DNA of 64,000 nt, from NCBI GenBank assembly GCA_004431415.1, contig QPMI01000032.1, positions 1-64,000 on the forward strand, written 5' to 3'. Below are positions 26,501 through 36,483 of the stretch, in pieces. Each line of letters starts with the position of its first letter. Position 1 is the stretch's first letter. The DNA is from Cyanophora paradoxa CCMP329. Taxonomy: Eukaryota; Plantae; Glaucophyta. The position numbers and the translations under genes were made by a program. The notes under the pieces are model-generated. The model did not search any database and was not told the origin of the DNA. It was given only the letters and a program-made list of their open reading frames with translations.

Positions 26501-29500
26501 TACGTCTTGTTGGCATGAGTGCACGTGCCGTTCCCGGATGCGAATTGGAAGGCGGCGGGGTACGGGTACGATGCTTCGGCAAAGCTTGCGACGTGTTTAG
26601 GGCGGAGGCGGTAGGCAAACGGCCGCTCGAAGGATTGCGTCCCGAGCGCGAGCTCGGCCCCAGCGAAGGCGTCGGTCATCATTTCGGCAGTTTTCCACGA
26701 GCTCGGAGTAAACTGGCACAGCTCCGGACTGCTGGGAATGTAGCCTGCGCATGGCGGTTTTCCAAAACGCGAACGCCGCTGCATTCAGAAAGAATGCAAT
26801 CACATGCAAACGCACCCGCGTACGGAGCAGAGCTCTTGTCCTTGAAAGTGAGCTTGCCGTGGTGGATGCGAAGGGCGATGCGGGGAGCGAGGCGCGGCGT
26901 GTGCATCAGGTCTGGGTGCTTTGCCATGCAGTACGCCGTCTCAAGCTGCGGGCTCGCGGGGAAGAACCGCCAGGGCTCCAGCAAGTAAGCGGTCTCCCAA
27001 CCTGCGTGCGCGTTTCTCTCAGAGCTGATCTCTCAGATCAGAGAATCGCGCCGCGGCGGGAGATCGAAAGCGAACCCTTCCAGACGCCTTCGAGCTTGTA
27101 CTCTTCAGTGCCCCATGCGAATTGTGAGTAGTACGTCGTGGCATTGAGGCCGGGCACAAGCTCGTCCAGTGTCGAGCTGCGCATGCTGGCCTTCGTGGTG
27201 CTGTAGCTGTACGGAACAGACTCGGCGGCCAGCACGACGACTGTGTTGTTTCCTGCGCAGCCGCGGACGTCAAACCGCACTTGCTTTAATGCAAGTCTTC
27301 TTTATGAATGGAGAGGCGAATTCACACCAATGAAGACGTCGTGAATGTCGAGCAGGTAGTGATTAGAAACGGGATCCTGCCGTTCGAGGCATCCGCGCTG
27401 CTTTGGCTTCTCCTTGCTGTAGATGATAAGGACGCCCGTGACACGGGGCAGGCAGCCGAAGCCGTCGTCTTGGCACACTGGCGTCGAGCGTGTTATAATT
27501 AGAGTGCAAAGCGTGTTAGCGTGCAAGTCCTCTTACCTGGTTTCTCGAAGCCCATCCGCCTGTGCGCGCGGGTGAATAGTCGTCAACAAAGTTCAGAATG
27601 CAGGATTAATTTCGATCGAGATCATTTTGATCATGAGCTTGCTCTTCGGCGCACCGAACGTGGATGAAGACATCGCCGTAGTTGTCTACGAGGATGCGCA
27701 TCGAGGAGAGGTAGTGAGGCCAGAAGCTCGTCTTGTTGGGGCTTCCCGAGAGCGTGTCCTCGATAGTGTGCGACAGCTTCATGCTGCGGCCTTCGAAGAC
27801 TTGCGCCAGGAGCTTCATCTGAAAAACATAAAATGTAACTGACGTGACTACAATAGACCGCTGACCAAAACGCTGACCTGAAAGGTATCCTCTGGGCGAG
27901 ACGGGTTCCGGCGAGACGCAGCGGACGTTGTGGGCGCGACGATGCCAGCTGCGGCGATGACAGTGAACTGGTTGTTGGGCGAGCTCGACGTGAACGTCTG
28001 CAATCGCTGGTCAGATTCTCTTCTTCGAAAACAATATGCGTCTGCAGCAACTGCGCGCCTGGAAATCGAAGAACGAGCGGCTGTTCGCGAATTCCTTGAT
28101 TGAATAGTCGCTCGTCACTTCCTCGAAACCTCCGTCGGCACGCAGACCGCGCCGCCGGCGGGCCCCGGTGCGCGCTCCCCCCGTGTTGATGAACTGGGAG
28201 CTGTAGCTCTCAAGGATCGAGCGGAGGGTGTCCTCGGCGGCCGCGGCGACTTTGGCGGCGGCGGCCGTCATGTTGGTCCCGCTGCGGCTCGAACCGAGGG
28301 CCTCGAGAGCGTACAGAAGCGAGAGCTCTGGATCCTTGGCCGACACGGCTGCAGAGATGCTGCGCAGGATATGTTTATTTATAACAAGCGTGGGAGGGTA
28401 CGAGCTCACCTGGAGCGGTCCGTAGCAATTTTGGCTTGGATTTCCGCCTCTTTCTGAGCGGCGACGGCGAGCGCCTGCGCAATTTCGGCCCTTTGCTTTG
28501 CAGTGAGGGCCTGTTCTCGCGAAAGGATAGCCTCCAATTGAGCCTGTATCGCTTCGTTCTTAGCTAAGAGGGCCGCTTCGGCGTTGGCTGTCGCATTCTG
28601 CCAGACGGCATCAGTCTCTGCGTTTTCGTCTACAATGCACGCGCAAGCAAGGATACCTTCTCAGCTAGCTCAGCGGCTAGCTGTGCAGCCTTAGCTTCGG
28701 CCTCCTTCTGTCTAGCGAGCTGCAGCCAGAATGCGCGACCGTTAGATTGCAGAACACGGTGCGGGGGCACGTGCACGGTGCTCAAAGCCGCACCGCCGCA
28801 GATTCCTCTGCCTGCTTCTGCGAAGCTTCTGCCTGCTGCTTTGCGACAGAAGACTGAACTGGATCGAGACCTCAGTGAACGCAGCATAATCGAAATATAT
28901 TGGAACGCACCAGCCAGCACAATGGAGACGATGAGTGCAAAGGAAAGCACTGCACATGTGCACGAAAAATAAATCAGATCGATCGACATCGACGCTAGAT
29001 CTTGCGACGTGCGAATGACACCCCCGAACGCACGCGTGATGACGATGAGCGTGATGATGGATTTTATGCGCTTCTGTGCGTTTGCATCCTTGACGCTGTG
29101 CCTCACCAGGACCTGGCGCGGGCGAAACACATAAAAACCGCAGCTGCGAACAAATCACATATCATCGAAAACATGATGTCGCACAAAATGTTCCGCAGTC
29201 GGTTCCTGGTTTTTGGTTGCTTTCTCCTTGTCATCTGCCATTTTCTCATCCTACGCTCATCAAGTGAGCGAGATATAGATATATGGAGCGATTGAGATAT
29301 ATTTGTGGCGGCGCACTTTCGAGTTCCCTGCACCGGCGCCCCCCAGGTTTTTCAGTTTTTTGAGTTGAGCCGCTTTCTTCGATGCTGCGATCCAGCGCTG
29401 CGCAAGCGACGCCGGCAGAAGGTCCGGGAAGGTCAACCCACGGCTTCCCGCTTGCTCCGGGTCCGTCTTTTTCAGCCAATCGTGCGCCTCCTGTCAACGG

Positions 29501-32500
29501 TAAAGCAGAAGCCGCATCAATATTAATATTGGAATGTTGACAGTTTCATGTTCGCTCGCGGCGACGGGCCGGGAACGCTGGAGCGCACTTGAAGAGCGAA
29601 ACCCTTCAGCAAGAATGCACTTGCTTTCTTGCGCTTTTCCTTTTCTATCTGCGGGGGCACAGAAACTTTGTAATGCGGGGAAAATAATGAGGGTCCTGGC
29701 GAACCGTGCTGAGCATGGTATCGGCATCATCGAGGCTGGTCCACTTTCTCTCCGGGTCGATTCCGAGAGCTGGCAGTACGTATACAGACAGTGCCTCAGC
29801 AAGCTAAAGGCTAAAGCCTCCGAGTAGCGGCTCTAGCATTTCGCACCTTCCTTGTACTTGTCCACGCGGAGAGTCAGCTGCGTGTGCAGGCGGGTGCCTT
29901 CGACATCGAGCTAAGGAACGCCAGTCAATTGCAAGAAGCCGTCGCCTGCGGGGGCGATCGATGAGCGGGAGCAGTTACCTTGATCGCCTCGATCATGTTC
30001 TTGACAGATTCATTGAACCGATCGAGTTCGTATATCTCGAACTTCTTGTTCTGCGCCTGCTTGAGTTGGTCGAGTTTTTTGGAGTCAAGGTGAAGCAAGT
30101 CCACGAAGTCGATTTTCTGCCTGCTCGCGATCGGGCCAGAGTCGGACCGGGGCAGCAGAAACCGCGCGCTGGGCGCGCGTGAGCTGCGGAGCAGGCGTAC
30201 GGACCAGCGGTAGATCTCCTGCAGGGTCATCTTCTGTCGTCTGCCATATACAAGGCTCTTGATTAGAACGATCGAAGCACGAAGCACTGCGGATATGCAT
30301 ATGCTATAGTCGATCTTATATTGTGCCACACCGCCAAAAGCCCTCGGTCATGCTCTTCTTTTTGTTCTCATCCGGTTCTGCGTCGATCTCATCTTGTGAA
30401 GGCGGGAAGTCTGGCACCGTGACCATTTCCGACTTCAACGGATACTCGTACTGGATCTCTCCCCTCTCGTCTCGGATCGGGACTCCGTGCGCGTCTCTCT
30501 TTGGTTTCCAGTTACACTCGACAATGACCATTCGCTTCTGCTGCCTCTGAGCGTACTCGAACTCTGCGGCGCGGGCGTTAGCGGTGCGGATCCGGAGAAA
30601 CATTAACTCCACTAGTACTTATTACAAGGCTTTCGTCTCACCGTCGATACTGAAGAACCGAAGGAGAGGAGCGTCGTCGTTCGAATCAAGCTTTAAGTTC
30701 GAAACAGTTGGAATAATAAACGTACCAGTAGGGAGACGTGATCCACTCTGTTCACGAGAACGTATGTCAGCTAGCGCACAAATCATGGCCCGCGCGCGCT
30801 CAATGCAAGGGACTCGCCCTGAGTGAGTAGCACGAGAACTGTTGACGAGCCCTTGATCGCTGCGTAGGCGCGTATACGTACGTGCACGTGAGAAACGGTT
30901 TTTGATCGAAACAAAAACGCCAAGGCGGAAGCGGGCGCTTGCACCGGCCGCGATGGATTTGCCCCTGTGAGCGGGAATGTCAGCTCAGCAAAGCCGAGCT
31001 CGAGGCGCGCGAGCGGGAAGCCTCTAACTAAAACAAGGCGCACCATTGGACACCCTTGAGAATTCCTGACAGATGCGCGAAGAAAAGCGAGACCGTGCGA
31101 GACTAATTCAGCCTCGTGGATTCAAACCGCGATGCAAATTCAACAGCCGCACCGTTCTCGGTGTTTACATCGACCCAGAACTTGCCTACGCCGTTCTCCT
31201 TCAGGATCTTGCACAAAACATTCATCTCGCTGGTCTGCGCGCGCTTGTAGCTGTACACGCATCGGGACGCATCAGCAGTCGAGCTCAAGCGTTCTGATTT
31301 AAATTTAGAGTCGGTTCAGCAGAGCCTGCGTACGAGATCATCACATCATATGTGTTGATGGGCGTTCTGGCGTCGGGCTCGACAACCGAACTCCCGTAGG
31401 GCTGCGGTTCCACCCAAGCTTGAGTTTACACACGCGCACGAGCAGCAAGGATATATAAGGATATTGAAACATGTTTAAGTTATGTTCAGTTTTATAAGAG
31501 ATAGCAACCAATGCTTTTACTTCGAATTCGTTGTTTAAATAATCGCGTGCGCACCCGCATCTCTTTCACAAGCGATTCAAGCGTCAGGTAGTATTCCTCG
31601 CCTGCGCATCAAGCTTAAGCGAAGATGCATATGGCAAGAGATCTCGATTCGCATTCAAAGCAAGAGAATCGGAGTCGCTCGCCTTTAAGAGCCTTGAGGG
31701 GACGTGCGCTGATTTCTTTGAGCTTGCCCGCAACTTCGGCGGCCCAGGTGTGGCTGCCAGCCGCGGCACAGGCCTCCAAAGAAACCCCGGAGCCGATCAT
31801 AAGGGGAATCACTTTACGCGGGAGCAGCAGGGCGTGTTTAACCTCCCGAAGGCAGGCCCTGCCAGGAAGTTGGAGAAAACGCGGCTCTGCCAGGAGTTGC
31901 AGAAGCTGTCACTCACTGCGACTGGAAGAAGTCTGCATATGCATGCACTAATCGTCAGCGCAGCGATAGCGATCCACGCTCGGCGTTCTCTGACCTTTGC
32001 TGACGATGACGATGACGCACTCGGATCCCTCGATGGCCGCAGAAACTCGCTTCCGGCTGCCAGCATAGAATAACGATCGTCACCAGTGCGTATGCAGATG
32101 TACAGATCTAGAAAATCACTGCCAATGCGCACCGCGATATGTCTGTGATGTCTCCTTTGTCTTCGGCGCCCCTCCGATCGAACCAGAGCTGTGGAAAGAC
32201 GTCACTCGCACGTGGGTATGCACATCCGTCGCAGCTCGTGAAAATCGCAACAGCTTGCCCTCAGGCCATGCTTCTCCAAGTCGGATGTCAGGGTATCCAC
32301 ATGCTTGCGGTCGACTTCGACTCCGCGAGCGTAGCACACAAATCTGCACAGCCGAGTGCGCCCAGAACCTTCATCAGATGCGCAATAAGAGGTACCACGG
32401 TTCGGGCGGAGTCGTTTCGGCCGCACGCGTCGAGGAAGTCGACGGCGTGCTCGGGACGCGGGTCCGGCAAAGGCATATGGTCGTAGTCGACAAAGGCTTT

Positions 32501-33300
32501 CGATGCCATTCGGAACTGCGTGCACGTGTGTGCGAGCACACGTTAAAAAAGGCGCTGCCGGAAGGTTGCAGCGTTGCGACGCGGACCGGTTGGTGCTTGG
32601 CGGACGAGCGCGAACGCTCCACTGCCGGGGCTCCGTCAACCAAACCTCTCATTCCGAATTCGTTCGCTCCGTTCGGCGAGAAGGACACCGAAGGCGACTT
32701 CGGATTGCCAGCAAAAGCCTGATCATGAGCATGTACGCGAGGTGGGTCGGAGCCGGTCATGATCATCAGGATGCGATATGTAAATGCAGCTAGAGTTCGT
32801 TTGGAACTTTGAAGTGCAAATAGCTATAGTACTCGCACCGGCTCCGCATGCTTAGACGATCGCGAGTCCCGGAAACCCGACCGGCTCGAGTGAAGGCTGG
32901 GGCCAGATCTCTGCGCATGCGGTAACATAATATTAATGGTGTAATTAAACGCTGGCATATCAATCGACCCACATCAAAGGATTTGAACGCTACTCGCGCG
33001 CTTATCGCACGCGCACGCACCACCTGCACCCGAACGTCATCCGCTGACACCGGCCAAGGCGCGCTTGCCGGGTCCGCCGTCAGGTAAGCGGCCTGACTGG
33101 GATACGATGGCGAGGTGCCGTCCATCGCGTAGGCGTAGCGCTTCTGGTTCGGAGAAGCTATTTTCGAGCTACGGGCCGGGCTGCTGCCGCGATCGCGCGT
33201 GCGCGCGCTGGGACAGCCCGAACTAATCTGAGAGTGCTACACTGCGTGCGCGTGTCTGATCTGCAGCTGTCCAGCAAGCTTCTCGTTGTGCATATGCTGC
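18834..33300 (-). CDS. Giant type II membrane receptor: TIR-TIR / bacterial-type linker / TM / coiled coil / degenerate beta-propeller with Cys-rich inserts / FN3 / 3x CUB
   Basis: Manual splicing gives TIR1 and TIR2, then a continuous in-phase frame from the post-TIR2 linker through the TM (KRIKSIITLIVITLLSFALIVSIVLA), coiled coil and DPELSLLYALEA. Further ectodomain exons follow on the same strand to TAG at 18834-18836. The 5' start (33100-33800), the TIR1-TIR2 junctions and some mid-ectodomain junctions are unresolved. Confidence 0.75.
20700..21200 (-). other. Fibronectin type III-like domain
   Basis: APSAPIVRIV...TATVTCT...ETNITNIAPLTKYSCRAFVQSDSGKSP matches the FN3 'I.NL.P.T.Y...V.A....G.S' motif. 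Confidence 0.65.
25713..25825 (-). repeat. 24-bp coding tandem repeat (PDPYPYTS)x~4 in the receptor ectodomain
   Basis: ORF 25183-26028: YPYTSPDPYPYTSPDPYPYTSPDPYPYTTSSPDPYPTSSP. Confidence 0.9.
28910..29070 (-). other. Single transmembrane helix of the TIR receptor (N-in topology predicted)
   Basis: KRIKSIITLIVIT|LLSFALIVSIVLA|V across two introns. Basic residues lie on the N-terminal side (positive-inside rule) and an Ala/Gln/Glu coiled coil follows. Confidence 0.8.
30510..31270 (-). other. TIR domain 2 (TIR_2-like), includes 22-nt and 8-nt microexons
   Basis: CVYSYKRAQTSEMNVLCKILKENGVGKFWVDV...AYAAIKGSSTVLVLLTQ|EWITSPY|CID|EFEYAQRQQKRMVIVE. Microexons 30726-30747 and 30642-30649 have AG/GT flanks and restore SPYCIDEFEYA. 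Confidence 0.88.
31790..32345 (-). other. TIR domain 1 (TIR_2-like), five exons
   Basis: Spliced: FVCYARGVEVDRKHVDTLTSDLEKHGLR|LWFDRRGAEDKGDITDIS|RKRVSAAIEGSECVIVIVSK|DFFQSQ|ACLREVKHALLLPRKVIPLMI. Matches the TIR consensus FISY..D...L...L...G..VW.D...AI..S..VI.V.S..Y..S..C..E...A....K.VIP. Confidence 0.9.
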
Positions 33301-33948
33301 CCCACTTGCAAGCGCGAGCGGAGCTTGCACTTGAATATGCTGACTGCAGGCTGCAGCTGTATACGTGCGCTTCGCCTAAGTGCAATCGGTTTGAAACGTA
33401 CTAAGGACCGGACGCGGGGAGTCTGCAGTACAGGCAGTTTTACAGGCAATTTAGGCACTGCCGCCACACTGGACAGCGCGCGCCACGCGGCAGTACTGAA
33501 GGCGTACTTGCCGTGGAGTTAAATTGCTGAATTCGCCCAAAACGGGAATTGCCGTGGCGAGAAATGGACGAATCCAGAATTCTGCTCTATGGCGGGCTAG
33601 GAACATCCCTACCCCCCAAGCGATTGCCGTGGTCCCAAATTGCCGAGAGTCGGCCCGAGACCCTTCGCCGAGTCGAGCCGCGAGCCGGCTCGAGCACGCC
33701 GTTGTCCCGGTTAGTCGGCGCCGACTCGGCGGTTTTAGGTTGCGAAATTGGTGATTGAAATAATTAAATTCGTGTTGTCGACCGTCACAGCATTGCACTC
33801 ATGAATTGAGAAAAACGATCGGGCCCCGGGCCCCCGGCCCCCGGGAGCGCCGCCGGCGCCGCGCCGGTGTCAAACTCGCCGTCAAGTTGCCGTCAATAAA
33901 AGGTGGTAATTGAATCGCCGGCGATTCGCGAATCGCAAAAAGCAATCG

Positions 33949-33990
33949 CCACGTGACTCACGTCACGTCACGTCACCCGCATCTGACGTC
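33949..33990. promoter_or_regulatory. Cluster of ACGT-core (G-box/CRE-like) motifs upstream of the TIR receptor gene
   Basis: ccacgtgactcacgtcacgtcacgtcacccgcatctgacgtc: five ACGT cores in ~40 bp of non-coding DNA. Confidence 0.35.
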
Positions 33991-34340
33991 GAGACTGACG
34001 ATCGAGCCTCGGAGCGGCGGAGCCTCGGATCGAGAGATTCGCGAGATCACGCCGAGATGCCGCAGTGCCCCGATATGCCATATAATAATGCAGTATACTA
34101 TATGTACTAGTATCGATCCGATATCGATCATCGAATGATGATCGCCGCCCGGCCGGGCCGCCCAGGCCGCCGCGGCCCGCCGCCGGGCCGCCGGGCGAAC
34201 TTGCAACTTGGCAAGTTGGCCTGCCAGTGAAGCCTGAAGCCTGAACTTCCCCCACTGATTCACGCCCCTGAACTCATCAACTTGAAGGGCTGCATGGAAA
34301 GCTTACTTATCAAAGTTGAAAGCATATAAATATCGAAACC

Positions 34341-34584
34341 CGGTAAATATTGATGGTGCTGCATATTTATAGAACAAAACATTTTTCGGCAATCTACCTG
34401 GGTAACCTGGCCCAGTGGTAGCCGAGAATTCTCAGGGGTAGCGCTGTCTCCGCATACAAATTAAAGCCCTAGCCCCTAGGCGGCGGTAAATATTGATGGT
34501 GCTGCATATTTATAGAACAAAACGTTTTCGGCAATCTACCTGGCCCAGTGGTAGCCGAGAATTCTCAGGGGTAGCGCTGTCTCC
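34341..34584 (+). repeat. ~100-110-bp direct repeat, two copies (34341-34451, 34484-34584)
   Basis: cggtaaatattgatggtgctgcatatttatagaacaaaac...gagaattctcaggggtagcgctgtctcc occurs twice, with a ~9-bp indel. Confidence 0.9.
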
Positions 34585-36062
34585 AGAAAGTGGCAGTTTT
34601 GGCGAAGAACCAGTACTTATCATAGTATATTTCAGTTTTGGCGAAGTACTTATTATTTCCTTTATCGAAAAACAGCGTACTACTTAGTTGTACTCAGTGA
34701 CTGTTAGTCTGTCACACTGTGACAGTCTTGCAGTACTGTAAAACATGTAATATTCAGCGTAACGTTTATGGCAAAACCCGAGAAATGCGCCGAAATTCAG
34801 CAAGATCTAGACAGCCAGTCCGCCTATAGCTAGGCGGGGGGTACATTGACTCTTCTCCTGCAATACATCTGCGAAATTCTTGCAGATGCAAATATTCGGC
34901 GCCGCAGGGCTATGCGGCCGTGTCGGAGATTTCGTGTTTTACAGTAGCCTGTCAGTAGGCAGCTGATTCGACCGTTTCGTTTGCTGGCGTCGCCTGCAGC
35001 TGGCGACTCAGTGGCGAGTTACTTAGTGGCGACCGATTCGGTTTGCATGTGACAATGACGCTTGACGTGAGATACGTCACCGTGTCGGGCCGTGAATTGC
35101 ACGTGACGTTGAGCGTTACGGGAACTTACGGCCCATCTTACGGGCAACTTGCGGGCCGACTCACGGGCCGGAGTCACGGCCCGGAGTCACGGGGGCTCAG
35201 ACGTTTTTTTTATTTTCCGAAACTTCGGAAGTTCGAACTCGCGATAAGTTTGAACTTCAAGGCGCGCCGGCGCTCAGATCTAAATCTCGTTTTCAAAATT
35301 AATATTGAACTCGAACCGATCGCGATTCGCGAGCCCGCGGCGGCGGCGGCCGCGGCGCGCGTCGCCGGCGCCGACTCGGGCCGATTCGCCGAGTCGACGC
35401 CGACTCCCCGCCGGCGGGCCGCCGCCGTCCCCGGCGAGTCGATTCGCCGACCGCCGACCACAGTGCCCGGCGGCCGCCACGCTGCCGCGCCACATGTACA
35501 GCACAGTACAGGGGGCCACGCTGCCGCCACACTGCCCCGCCGCGCCCGGCCGGGCCGTGCATATGTAGTACCGTGTGGACGGTGTGGTCCGTGCCACGGT
35601 GTAACACTGAAGTAATGCGCGCACTTAAGTAATGCGGTCCCAAATGAATGCGTTTTCCGCTGGCTAAACGCATTAATTTAATGCCGCATTCGGACTCCGG
35701 GTCCGAACACGCAGTAATTACTGGCCCGTGGCGCATTAATTAAGTGTTATAATTACACGGTACGGGTACGGTACTACGGTAACCGTCGAACGTGTCGCAA
35801 TGTACACTTTGTACACTGCAGCCTGCGCATGCAAGAGGGCGTCGACTCGGCGAAGAGGCCTGCATCCGACGCGGAGCGCGAGCTCGAGGGACGGGACTCC
35901 GGGGAAGAGACGAAACGCTGACGCCCAAGGGACGCGAAGGCCCTACCCCCCCGAGAATTCTGGCGGCTGCAAATATTCGGCGCCGCGGGGCTACTAGTAT
36001 GCTGAATAGCGCCGAATATTAAGTGCTGACGGACATTTCATGTTTAACAGTATGTCGCCGAG

Positions 36063-36140
36063 TCGGTCCGGACTCCGGACTCGGACCGTCCGGTCACTCC
36101 GGAGTCCGGAGTCCGGACCGGAGTCCGGAGTCCGGACCGT
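36063..36140. repeat. Inverted/tandem array of TCCGGA-based 7-mers able to form a hairpin
   Basis: cggtccggactccggactc ... gagtccggagtccggaccg are reverse complements. Confidence 0.75.
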
Positions 36141-36483
36141 GCGGCCGTGCCGCGGTGACTGCCGCAGTTCACAGTACTAGCAACTTCACACACACGTACT
36201 ACGGAATTCAGCTGCAGGCCGGTCGACCGTCGACGTCAGGTTCAACGGTTGCAGCTGCATGCAGTGTTGCACTGCGGCACGCAGCTGCAGTGAGAGCCAG
36301 TGGCGACCGTTAGCAAGCTTTAAGATTAAGCGCAATAGTCAGCTATAGTTGATCGTTAGCCGCTTTAAGATTCAGCGCAAGCTGTAGCTGCAACACGCGT
36401 ACGTGCACAGCTGCAGTACAGCTGCTAAAGCTGATTCGTCAATCAAAGCGCTAGCGTGCCGTGGCGAGCAGACGGCGTGCGTA

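Noticed and set aside
28042-28058. Apparent 17-nt GC-AG intron joining ORFs 28011-28409 and 27631-28050
   Set aside because: A ~60-nt intron with a CTGAC branch point and TTGCAG acceptor gives a more protein-like frame (TFTSSSPNNQFTVIAAAGIV) in phase with the next exon.
29500-33200. Initially read as a transposase or separate gene upstream of a membrane-protein gene
   Set aside because: No DDE or tyrosine-recombinase motif was found. The exons resolve into two TIR domains, and the downstream linker splices in phase into the TM exon.
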